Positions 27,684-36,587 of a stretch of DNA of 64,000 nucleotides are shown piece after piece. A program made the translations under genes and the position numbers. Positions within the stretch are counted from its first letter, which is position 1, and each line of letters starts with the position of its first letter. Below the pieces are notes generated by a model, which was not told the origin of the DNA, did no database searches, and saw only the letters and a list, made by a program, of their open reading frames with translations. The DNA is from Deltaproteobacteria bacterium (GTDB taxonomy: Bacteria > Myxococcota_A > Polyangia > Fen-1088): assembly GCA_033763315.1 (NCBI GenBank), contig JANRKS010000001.1:32001-96000 (forward strand). The letters are read 5' to 3'.

Positions 27684-27715
27684 GTCGGCGGCGGGCGTCA
27701 AGCCCGAGCCTTGGC

Positions 27716-29569
27716 TTACTGGGCGTCGACGCCCGTATCGGGGGCGCCCGCGTCCGGCGTTGTCACGGGGCCTCCAAACGGCAGCTTCGCGTAGTAGATG
27801 CCATCAGAGGCGAACCCTTGGTCGATCTGGATGATCAAGGTGTCGTACTTGGGGAGGGTCATGCTGTAGATGCGGGACGCTTGCTTTTGCAAAGGCAAGC
27901 CCGCCCCACCCGAGGGCCACGTTTTGCCGTCCGGCACCCGCACATACCGCAAGGAAACGATATCGATGTCGGTGTCATCGCTGTAGATGACGCCTTCGTC
28001 GTTGACCGTGAACCAAAAGTCGATGTCCTTGGCGTACTGGGTTTTGTTCGAACAATCCGCGGGGTTGGCCACCATGCCCTTGCCGACAAGAACATTGGGA
28101 TCCACGTCGTCCACCCAGAAAACGAGGCCGGCCTTGTCGAGGAAGGGCGAGCCGTACAAGTCTGTGGTGCTGCTGATCTGCAGCGCGCATCGGGGCGCGG
28201 TTGTGTCTTTTGTGGCTTCGTTGTTACGCGCCACGTAGGCGTCGGCAAGACCGGTTTGCTCGTTCACGTTCTGGCTGAAGTACGTGTAGCGCAGGTCTTG
28301 CGAGACCGACGCACTGGCGATGCCGGTGGCGATCGTTACGAAATTCGCGGGAGCGTTGCGATCACGAATAAAGCGCAACGTGCCCTTGTTTTGGGTCACG
28401 TCGGCGAAGATGCCTAGGCCTTTGTCAGCGTCGGAGCCATCCGACAGCAACAGGAACGCGCCCACGTTGTTGGCCAAAGTCACTGGGTTCACGGCCGAGG
28501 GATAATCCACCATCGTCAAGGTGCCGTTCGGGTTGCCCTGGTCGCTGTAGTTAAAACCCTTGAGGTAGTAAAGCTTCTGTGTATCGCGTGCGAACGCCCA
28601 CCTCGCCGCATCGGCGAGCAAGGGTGGCGTTGTGCGCGTGCCGGAAACCACGGCGCTCGCGGGCAAGTTGGCGGTGGCGAAGCACCACAGGTTTTCGGCG
28701 TCTGTGGGGGTCCGTCCCGTGGAGTAGCAGAATTGCGAGCCATCGCGGTTGAAACCCGCGCGCCACTTTGAGACGTCGTTGGAGCGCGAAGGAAAGATGC
28801 GATCAACGCGCGGCAACTGTCCGTTTTCCACCGTCGGCAGCGGCCCCGCGAGCAGGTCGAATTCAAGGGGTTTGCTCTCGTCAGGTTCGATGTTGTCCAA
28901 GCACAAGGCCACCTGACCTTGGAAGTGGCCGGCGCAGGTGATGCCTTTGTTGCTGGAGATCTTGCGAGCCTTGGGCCAGCCTGGGCGCCACGCGTAGATG
29001 GGACCTTGGTAAAGTTCGGTCGAGGCGGAGGTCGCGTCAGCATGGAAGATCAGCGTGTCGCCATCGAACGCATGCGCGTAAGGATGCGTTGGACCCACGG
29101 ACGGCGTCCCCGTCCAAAGGTTTGGCGTCAGCTTCAAGCAGTTCGGGTCAGCGCCAGTGCACTGCACCGGCGTGCCGGCGGTCACCGCCGAAATGTTGAT
29201 GACCCACAAGTCGGATTTGCCCAGTTCCACGTCGCGCGAGAAAGCGCACCAACGGTCGCCCGGCGCGGGCTCTTGGTTCGTGCAACTCGTCAGCCCGGTC
29301 CCCACAAGGGCCACTTTGCCCGTGATCGGCAGCTTCTTGAGCAGCTCCGAGATCACAGGCTCGGTGCGCTGAATGCGCGTGTCTGGGTTCGTGTTTTTCG
29401 GGCCATCCAGCCCGATGTTGGTGCCGCCTTCACGGGCACCCCCATCGAGGCCGGCGTCGCCTGACCCCTGGCCCGAGCTGCCGCTGCCATCACAGCCAAC
29501 CGCCCCCACCACAAGCCCACCTAACAAGCACAACAAGCCGCTGCGGCGGCCCTGAAATCGATACTGCAT
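27716..29569 (-). CDS. Hypothetical lipoprotein (beta-rich, Cys-containing)
   Basis: Lipobox GAVGC, DAG/DGG linkers at both ends, paired Cys, purine-rich RBS AAGGGGGA; no family recognised. Confidence 0.72.
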   Translation of the reverse strand: MQYRFQGRRSGLLCLLGGLVVGAVGCDGSGSSGQGSGDAGLDGGAREGGTNIGLDGPKNTNPDTRIQRTEPVISELLKKLPITGKVALVGTGLTSCTNQEPAPGDRWCAFSRDVELGKSDLWVINISAVTAGTPVQCTGADPNCLKLTPNLWTGTPSVGPTHPYAHAFDGDTLIFHADATSASTELYQGPIYAWRPGWPKARKISSNKGITCAGHFQGQVALCLDNIEPDESKPLEFDLLAGPLPTVENGQLPRVDRIFPSRSNDVSKWRAGFNRDGSQFCYSTGRTPTDAENLWCFATANLPASAVVSGTRTTPPLLADAARWAFARDTQKLYYLKGFNYSDQGNPNGTLTMVDYPSAVNPVTLANNVGAFLLLSDGSDADKGLGIFADVTQNKGTLRFIRDRNAPANFVTIATGIASASVSQDLRYTYFSQNVNEQTGLADAYVARNNEATKDTTAPRCALQISSTTDLYGSPFLDKAGLVFWVDDVDPNVLVGKGMVANPADCSNKTQYAKDIDFWFTVNDEGVIYSDDTDIDIVSLRYVRVPDGKTWPSGGAGLPLQKQASRIYSMTLPKYDTLIIQIDQGFASDGIYYAKLPFGGPVTTPDAGAPDTGVDAQ

Positions 29570-29759
29570 TCGTCCCCCTTGAATGCTGCATTGGACCCCA
29601 GAGGCACCCCATCCGGCAAGGATCCATGTGTCGATTGCGGGTCCTTTACGTCGATCCGTGTGTGATCACGGCGCTTGTCGGCCCACTGGCGGACCGAACT
29701 TTGTGCGCCTCTGTAAGCGCAGGTGAGGTCCGATCCGCCCGGCCGATGGCCATAACCGC

Positions 29760-30236
29760 CTAGAATGGAATGTCGTCGTCGCCAGGAGGCATGCCCATGT
29801 CGCCGCTCGAGCCGGCGAAGTCGTCGGTAGCCCCGCCGCCACTGTCTGGGCCCCACTTCTTCCCGCCGCCGCCACCGGGTGCACCGCCGCCCGCCGCGCC
29901 ACCGCCGCCACCCAAAAACTTCACGCGTTCGGCGACCACGTCCGTGGAGTAGCGCTTGTTGCCGTCTTTGTCGTCCCACGACCGCGTTTGCAAACGTCCC
30001 TCCACGTAAACGGAACGCCCCTTCGACAGGTATTTGTTGCAGTTTTCTGCCTGATCGCCCCACACCGTCACGCGGTGCCATTCGGTGCGCTCTTGGTTTG
30101 CCCCCGTTTTGTCTTTGAAGACATCGCTGGTGGCGATTCGCAAACTGCACACCGCCCGGTTTCCATTGGGCGTGTAACGCAGCTCGGGGTCGGCCCCCAG
30201 GTTACCAATCAAGATGACTTTGTTTACGCTTGCCAT
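29760..30236 (-). CDS. ssb: Single-stranded DNA-binding protein
   Basis: [34 protein letters not shown], Gly-rich linker, DDDIPF tail; AGGAG RBS. Confidence 0.97.
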   Translation of the reverse strand: MASVNKVILIGNLGADPELRYTPNGNRAVCSLRIATSDVFKDKTGANQERTEWHRVTVWGDQAENCNKYLSKGRSVYVEGRLQTRSWDDKDGNKRYSTDVVAERVKFLGGGGGAAGGGAPGGGGGKKWGPDSGGGATDDFAGSSGDMGMPPGDDDIPF

Positions 30237-30461
30237 GTTCGTGTTCTCCTACCGCTAGATGCGCGGTACAGCTCCAAGCTTGTCCCGCAGGTATCTCCTA
30301 AAAAGCGGCGCCCGGCAACCGGTTCCGCTCAAGGAAAGGCATCGACGACGAATGCCAGTTTGTTGCGTGAAAAGTGAAGGCGTGAGCATTCTTTGGCGTC
30401 GCGCAAACGCGCGCTAGTCTTGCCATCCCACGTGACATTCGTGGCCGCACCCGGAGTTCGC

Positions 30462-32600
30462 ATGTGTTTGGCTGTCGTTCCTTTCGCTCTTGTACTTGCT
30501 GCGGCATCGCCTGCACCCTCCCAGCCGCCAGTCTTGGCAGACGCGCTCGCTCTAGGCGCCGGCGTGCGCGCCTTCCGCGCGGGGGCTTACGACGAAGCGA
30601 TCAAGGAGCTGCGACGCGCGCATGCACGCCATCTGAACAATGACGATTACGCGCAGTTCTATCTTGCCGAAGCCTTGCTCGCGACGCGCGCCTTCGACGA
30701 AGCGTTGTCGTTGTATAAAACGGTCAGCCATATCCGGGAGTCGCGCTTTGCCACGATCGCGCGGTGGCGCGTGGCCGATGCTTTGTGGGACGCCCAACGC
30801 ACGCCGGCAGCCGTGGCCGAATACCAGGTGTTGCTGAAAGCCAAAACCCCTAGCACTGAAGCCGCGCGCGCGTGGATGCGTGTTGGGACCGCGGCGCTCG
30901 CCAACAAAGACACCGCCACAGCGCGTGCCGCCTTCGGATCCGTTGTTGTTCACTTTGCAACACACGCTTTGGCCAAGGAAGCGCAAACACGCTTGCAGGC
31001 GCTTACCGCCAAACCGGCCGACACTGATATGGCTGCTTCCGCCCTGCCCGCCTCGTTGCGGATCGCTCGCGCCCGGCGGCTTTCGGATCAGCACCAGTGG
31101 AGCACCGCCATCGCTGAGCTCGAGGCTTTGCAGCAAGGTTTGACGCCGCAAGAAGCGGCCCTGCGCGACTTCGTTTTGGGCCAGGCCAAATACCGTTCGC
31201 GCACCGACTATGCAGGCGCTTCACGCTTGCTTTACCAAGCGGTGCCGCTTTTGCCCGAAAAAGAGGCCGTTTGGGCGGCCTTTCATGGGGCGCGCGCTTT
31301 GTCTCGCGCGGATCGAGATGACGAAGCCATCGCCGGTTACCTGCGGTTTGTGCAACGTTATCCGAAATCCAGCTTCACGGCAGAAGCGCAGTTTCTGGCG
31401 GGGTGGCTCGATTTCAATCAAGGTCGCTTTGCCGCCGCTCGCCCCGCTTTGCGCGAAACCGTGAACCGCTTTGCGCGCTCACCGTTTGCGATCGACGCCG
31501 CTTGGTATTTGGCAATGGGTGCGTACTTTGCCAACGACTTGACCGGCGCCCTTCGCGATCTCGCGGCCTTTGCAGCCATCGCGCAAAAGGGTGGCAAGCA
31601 ACGTTTGTGGCCCGCCGATCGTGTAACCTACTGGCGGGCGCGCATCTTTGAGCGCCTTGCACGACAAACCGAAGCCAATGCGCTTTACACGCAACTGGGC
31701 ACCGAGCAGCCCTTGCGTTGGTATGGGCTTTTGGCGACCGCGCGCTTGCGCGAGCAAAAGCTTCCCGATCCATTGCATCTGCCGGTTGGCAAAGCGAATG
31801 TGGCGCCACTTGATGCCAAGGCCTTGCGGGATCCCGCTTTGCTGCGCGTGGATGAGTTGTTGGCTGTGCAACTGCATGAAGACGCCGGCTATGAGATTGA
31901 ACGCGCCGCCACGGCGCTGCTCAAGCGCTTGGGCCGCGCCAAAGGTTTGATGGCTGTCATCACACGGTCGAACGCCGCGGGTGTTTGGGCGAAATCATAT
32001 CGACTGGCAGATCTGTTTGGCAGCGATGCTTTGGCATACAGGCCGCAAGGGGATGTGCGCTTGGTGTGGGAAGCCATTTATCCGCTTGCGTACCCTGACC
32101 TTGTTAAAAAATATGGACCGCCCGCTGGCAACCCTGAACATTATTTGCATGCGATCATGCATAAGGAATCTGGTTTCGATCCGCGCGTGATCTCATACGC
32201 GGACGCACGCGGCCTGTTGCAAATGATTCCGCCCACGAGCCGCAAAGTGGCGCAGCTGATGAACCAACCTTACAGCGACGAGGATTTGCTTTTGCCTGAG
32301 CCGAACGTGCGCTTGGGCGCCACATACATCGGCTCGCTGTTCAAAAAATTTCGCCAGCAGATGCCGCTGTCTGCGGGCTCATACAATGCGGGTCCCGGGG
32401 CGATGATGCGGTGGCTTGATCGTTTTGGAACGCGGCCCACCGACGAGTTTGTGGAGCTGATTCCTTACGAACAAACGCGCGAATACAGCAAGCGGGTGTG
32501 CAGCATCTACGCACGTTACCGATATCTTTACGCCGGCGAACGCTATGTGCCGCCTTTGCAGCTTGATCCTAACTACAGCCGCGAAGAGCCCAACTACTGA
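30462..32600 (+). CDS. Soluble lytic murein transglycosylase (Slt-like) with TPR repeats
   Basis: TPR superhelix then ES(GF), ARGLLQMIPPT, SYNAGPG, IPYEQTREY. Start moved to ATG 30462 after GGAG. Confidence 0.88.
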   Translation: MCLAVVPFALVLAAASPAPSQPPVLADALALGAGVRAFRAGAYDEAIKELRRAHARHLNNDDYAQFYLAEALLATRAFDEALSLYKTVSHIRESRFATIARWRVADALWDAQRTPAAVAEYQVLLKAKTPSTEAARAWMRVGTAALANKDTATARAAFGSVVVHFATHALAKEAQTRLQALTAKPADTDMAASALPASLRIARARRLSDQHQWSTAIAELEALQQGLTPQEAALRDFVLGQAKYRSRTDYAGASRLLYQAVPLLPEKEAVWAAFHGARALSRADRDDEAIAGYLRFVQRYPKSSFTAEAQFLAGWLDFNQGRFAAARPALRETVNRFARSPFAIDAAWYLAMGAYFANDLTGALRDLAAFAAIAQKGGKQRLWPADRVTYWRARIFERLARQTEANALYTQLGTEQPLRWYGLLATARLREQKLPDPLHLPVGKANVAPLDAKALRDPALLRVDELLAVQLHEDAGYEIERAATALLKRLGRAKGLMAVITRSNAAGVWAKSYRLADLFGSDALAYRPQGDVRLVWEAIYPLAYPDLVKKYGPPAGNPEHYLHAIMHKESGFDPRVISYADARGLLQMIPPTSRKVAQLMNQPYSDEDLLLPEPNVRLGATYIGSLFKKFRQQMPLSAGSYNAGPGAMMRWLDRFGTRPTDEFVELIPYEQTREYSKRVCSIYARYRYLYAGERYVPPLQLDPNYSREEPNY

Positions 32601-32654
32601 CGACGAGAAGCTCAAACCTGACGGCGCAGCCATGGCCGCGGTATAGTCATCGGT

Positions 32655-32873
32655 ATGGCGCGTTTTTCCGGGACGATTCGACGTAGTGATCTTGAGGGTG
32701 GTCTGCTTCAGCTTGAGGCCGACGGTGGCACGATCTATGAGCTCGAAGGTGACGTCGATGACAAATGGGTCGGGAAAGCCGTTGTTGTGGAGGGCAGCGT
32801 CGATAAGAACGTGATGTCGTTCACCATGACGGGGCCGCGGCTTGTGGTCAAATCCATCGCTGCCGGCAAGTAG
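32655..32873 (+). CDS. Small OB-fold-like protein (DUF5818-like)
   Basis: 72 aa, DLEGG..L.ADGG..YEL and V.VEG.V...MS..M.GP pattern. Confidence 0.55.
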   Translation: MARFSGTIRRSDLEGGLLQLEADGGTIYELEGDVDDKWVGKAVVVEGSVDKNVMSFTMTGPRLVVKSIAAGK

Positions 32874-32876
32874 CGG

Positions 32877-34706
32877 CTATTGCAAGACGCGTTTGGCGAC
32901 GTGCACACGGGGCGATGCCGCCAGTTCGGGGCGGGCGTCTAGAATCACAGCGTCGCCCACATCGAGGCCTTGCGCGATCAACGCTTCGCGCTCTGTGCGA
33001 TCTGCGATGGCAACCGCGCGCACTTCCACGCGTCCGCTCGGGGCTGCCACAAACAAGCGCTCGCTGTTTCCGACGTGCAAAACAGCGCTCGCCGGAACCG
33101 CAAAGACGCCGTCAAAACGCGCTTTCGCAAGTGACACCGCCTGGCCAGGGTTGCCTTGCACGCCCGCAGGCAACTCGACCACCACGGTGTCTTCCGCGTC
33201 GGTGCCCACGAACTCACAGTCTGCCGGCACGTCCGCCAGCGATACGCGGCAAAACGCCAAACGTTGTGCCTGTTCAGCGTCATCGTGCGGCAGCTTGAAT
33301 ACAGCGCGGGCTTGATGCGCCTTCAGCGTTAGCACGGCTTCGGCCGGCTTGACCTTGTCGCCCACCTTTTTCAAAACGGAATCAATCTCACCGTCCGTGG
33401 AAGCGACAATGGCCACCTGAGCAAAAGCAGCGAGTGCTTCATCAAGCAGCGAGCGCTTTTCCTTTAGCTTGATCTCGGCTTGCCTCATCTCAGGCTTGTT
33501 GCCCTCGGCGGTCATCGCCTCAAGCATCTGCTGATAGTACGCAATGCGCTCGCGCAAATGATCGATCTCGTTCGACTGGCGCTTGCCTTCGTCGGTTAAG
33601 GCCAAAACATCGCCTGCACGGTATTTGCTGCCCGCGTCCCGCACTTCCACAAGCTTGCCCCCGGCTGGCAGGGTCAACGTGGCTGGCGCGGGTGGTTGCA
33701 AAATGCCTGTTGTATCGAACCAACGATAAACCGCCGTCGGCGCGGGCAACATGGTATCCACGGACACGGGCGTGCCCGAGGGACGCAAAACGAACTTGAA
33801 TACGGCGAATCCGATGGCTGCCGCCAGCGCGACGGCCACCAATGCCCAAAGCCACCACCTGCGCGCCGCCCTTTGCGGCGTCGAGGGAGGCAAGGTGATG
33901 CCCACGCCTGCTGCCAAGGCCGCGCCTTCTTCTTCAATCTGCGTGGGTGGTCGAGGCACCTGCGCGGCCGCAGCTTTCAAGTCTTGCGTTGTTTGTTCCG
34001 TGCGCTCGCCGGGGGCCATCGACGACGAATCTTCGGGCCAGGTTGCGGGCGGCAGCGGGGCGCCTGATTCGCGCGGGTTGAGGGGCTCGTCCACGAGGGG
34101 CGCATCGGCGTCACCTTGATACATTGGCGTTTCGCCGGTGCGGGCGCGCGACACCGCAAGCAAGTCGCTCATGCTGTTCATGAGGGCCGTTGGTTCAGCC
34201 TCGTGCCAACCCTGCGCTTTGGCGGGCATCGCGGGTCGTGGCTCTGGTTGAGACAATGAGGCCGCTGCGTGTTTCAAAGCCGCAAGGCCATGCCCGGCCG
34301 TGGGCTCATCATCCATCAGGCCGTTGTCGTCATCTTCGTCGTGCCTCTGCACCGCCACGGCGTCTGTCAAAGGCTCTTGCGCGCCATCCACCTCGTCTGG
34401 CGGTGCAGCGTCGTCCCGCGGGCCATTCGTCTCATCTAACAAGCCGAGCTCGTTGAGTTGGTTGATGAACGCCGCGAGTTGCTCTTCCGAAAGCGCCAAG
34501 CCGTGCCGTTGCAGCACCGCTTCTTGAACTTCGCTTAAACCACGGCCATCAAGTTCAGTGGCCACCTTGAACTCGAAGTCATAAAGCCGAAACGCTTCGC
34601 CATCCGGCTTGCGGACTTCAAAGAAAACGTACCCGTCCGCCTCCACCTGCTCCGCCGGGAGGCTGCGGCGAAAACGCACCGAGCTGGCTACCATGGGTTG
34701 CATCAT
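32877..34706 (-). CDS. Membrane-fusion (HlyD/RND adaptor)-like protein with PqqD-like N-domain and acidic linker
   Basis: TM RRWWLWALVAVALAAAIGFAVF, lipoyl halves (GDVLA; GDKVKPAE) flanking a coiled coil, AVPASAV and GLDVGDAVI at the C-terminus. Confidence 0.65.
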   Translation of the reverse strand: MMQPMVASSVRFRRSLPAEQVEADGYVFFEVRKPDGEAFRLYDFEFKVATELDGRGLSEVQEAVLQRHGLALSEEQLAAFINQLNELGLLDETNGPRDDAAPPDEVDGAQEPLTDAVAVQRHDEDDDNGLMDDEPTAGHGLAALKHAAASLSQPEPRPAMPAKAQGWHEAEPTALMNSMSDLLAVSRARTGETPMYQGDADAPLVDEPLNPRESGAPLPPATWPEDSSSMAPGERTEQTTQDLKAAAAQVPRPPTQIEEEGAALAAGVGITLPPSTPQRAARRWWLWALVAVALAAAIGFAVFKFVLRPSGTPVSVDTMLPAPTAVYRWFDTTGILQPPAPATLTLPAGGKLVEVRDAGSKYRAGDVLALTDEGKRQSNEIDHLRERIAYYQQMLEAMTAEGNKPEMRQAEIKLKEKRSLLDEALAAFAQVAIVASTDGEIDSVLKKVGDKVKPAEAVLTLKAHQARAVFKLPHDDAEQAQRLAFCRVSLADVPADCEFVGTDAEDTVVVELPAGVQGNPGQAVSLAKARFDGVFAVPASAVLHVGNSERLFVAAPSGRVEVRAVAIADRTEREALIAQGLDVGDAVILDARPELAASPRVHVAKRVLQ

Positions 34707-34756
34707 GCCGCTTTGCGCTCTCGGTTGCCAATTTATGAAGATAACGCGAGGAGGCT

Positions 34757-36295
34757 TTAGCCTTCGTACCTCTGGGTGGCGCGCGCCAAGTCGGCTAGGC
34801 GGGTGGTGGCTTCCATGTCGGTGGCCAACTCGGCAAGCGTCATCGGCATCCGGTAGGTCCAGTTGTCTGGCGAAACGCTGCCAGGCAGGTTCACACGCCC
34901 AGCGATGCCGAGCGCGTCTTGAAACGGCACCAGCGTCAGCCGCGACGGGGCCGCGTACACCAATCTTAAGAGCGCGTCCCGAACCTCGGGCGTGAACTGG
35001 CGCTCATGCGCGAAGGGCTCTAAGCCGCGCAGCTTGCAAATGGCGTGGCGTTCGTGATCGGGCATGTCACGCCACCACTCCGCCTGCGTCTCCGTGTCGT
35101 GCGTGCCCGTCGTGGCCACCGAGATTTCGGGCCACGTGGCGGGATCGCGGTACTCGTAGCCTTCGCGCTCCCAACGCAGCACCCGAAACCCGGGCACCGC
35201 CATCTCCCTTAAGGTGGCGCGCACGAAAGGCGGGATGACGCCGAGATCTTCTGCAAGCACGTCGCCCGCTGCGCTCAGGGCGGAAAGTGCGCCGCGCCCC
35301 TGTTCCAACTGGGACGGTTCGTCTGGCGGCAAGAACCCCGGGGCCGATCCGTCGCTGGTTGTAAAGTACGACCTGAACAGACCCACCACGTGGTCAATGC
35401 GCCACAAGCTGCACAACTGATTGGAGCGCAGGGCGCGGACCCGCAGCCAATTGTAGTTTTGGTTCCGCAAGGCACCCCAGTCGTAAACAGGCAGGCCCCA
35501 ATCTTGTCCCTCGGCCGAGAACTCATCAGGGGGCGCCCCCAAACGCAGGTCCAGACGAAAAATTTCCTGGTGCGCCCACACGTCACAAGCGTCGCGCGAC
35601 ACCACGAACGGCAGGTCGCCGCCAAACTCAACTCCGACCTTCAACGCCTCCGCGCGGGCGGCCGCCCACTGTAAGCTCAGGTTCCACTCGATGTACTGGC
35701 GGTATTCCACTTGTTCGGCCAGTCTAGTCCTGGCTTCGGCCATCGCCTCGGGCGTGCGGCGTTTGAGCCCGTCCGGCCAGTGCATCCACCCGGGTGACAG
35801 CTCGCTGGCCAGCGCGTGGTAAAGCGCATAGTCATCCAGCCAACTGGCCTCGTGTGCCTTAAAGGCCTCAAACAGCTTCGCCCGGGAGGTGTTGACTTCG
35901 GCCATCTTGAAGCGCTTGAAGGAAGCCTTGAGCGCCGCGCTCTTCAACCCGCGCACCGCGTTCCATTGCACGGCAGGCGCCGCCCGGCACGCGGCCAAGG
36001 TGTCCCGCTGCTCCGGGGTCAAAACACTTTGCTCCCCGCCCAGTGCCACGAAGTCTTCGCAATCGGCCAGCCGCACAAACACAGGATCGAGAGCGAACGC
36101 GGTCACGGCACCGTAAGGGCTCGTCTCTCCGGGCCAAACCTCGTGGAAAGGCAGCAGCATCACGGCGCCAAAGCCGGCCCGCGACGCCCAGCGTGCGAAC
36201 TCCACCAAATCAGGCACTTCACCCACGCCCCAGTTCTCGTGCGACTTCAACGAGAACAGAGGCATAACCAAACCCGCCTTCTTGACCAAAGCCAT
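34757..36295 (-). CDS. malQ: 4-alpha-glucanotransferase (GH77)
   Basis: SPYGAVT, GDLPFVV, GAPPDEFSAEGQDWGLP, RIDHVVG, AEDLG, TTGTHD, NLPG..NWTYR. Confidence 0.93.
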   Translation of the reverse strand: MALVKKAGLVMPLFSLKSHENWGVGEVPDLVEFARWASRAGFGAVMLLPFHEVWPGETSPYGAVTAFALDPVFVRLADCEDFVALGGEQSVLTPEQRDTLAACRAAPAVQWNAVRGLKSAALKASFKRFKMAEVNTSRAKLFEAFKAHEASWLDDYALYHALASELSPGWMHWPDGLKRRTPEAMAEARTRLAEQVEYRQYIEWNLSLQWAAARAEALKVGVEFGGDLPFVVSRDACDVWAHQEIFRLDLRLGAPPDEFSAEGQDWGLPVYDWGALRNQNYNWLRVRALRSNQLCSLWRIDHVVGLFRSYFTTSDGSAPGFLPPDEPSQLEQGRGALSALSAAGDVLAEDLGVIPPFVRATLREMAVPGFRVLRWEREGYEYRDPATWPEISVATTGTHDTETQAEWWRDMPDHERHAICKLRGLEPFAHERQFTPEVRDALLRLVYAAPSRLTLVPFQDALGIAGRVNLPGSVSPDNWTYRMPMTLAELATDMEATTRLADLARATQRYEG

Positions 36296-36587
36296 GCGCC
36301 CGAGACTATGCCGCGCCTCAGCTTCTGCGGAAAGGGGGAGCTGGCAAGTTGTCCAAAGTGCTGTTGTGGCGAACGTATTTGCGAAGGTTTTGCCGTGGCC
36401 GCTGGTGTGGGTGTCTAGGATTTATTCCTTGTCAGACTTTGGGGGTCGTGGTAGCGAATGCCCCTGGCTTTTTCCAGAGGGGGACCCCGTGTCTCCAGCT
36501 GTGGATTGCCCCTATTTTTGGTCCCCCATTGCACTCCTTGCATCCCTTGCACCGACCCATTCCCACCGGACTTAGAGCGAGGCCCAG

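Noticed and set aside
29570-29759. 6S RNA or SRP RNA call for the ssb downstream region
   Set aside because: No SRP conserved loop and no end-to-end closing stem over the full region; kept only as an unnamed hairpin.
36360-36535. Possible sigma54 promoters upstream of the Oar-like gene (TGGCGAACGTATTTGC; TGGTCCCCCATTGC)
   Set aside because: GG-to-GC spacing is 11 and 9 nt, not the required 10.
36296-36587. Cobalamin or c-di-AMP (ydaO) riboswitch
   Set aside because: Only an isolated GGGGGACCC word matches; the other conserved boxes are not visible.
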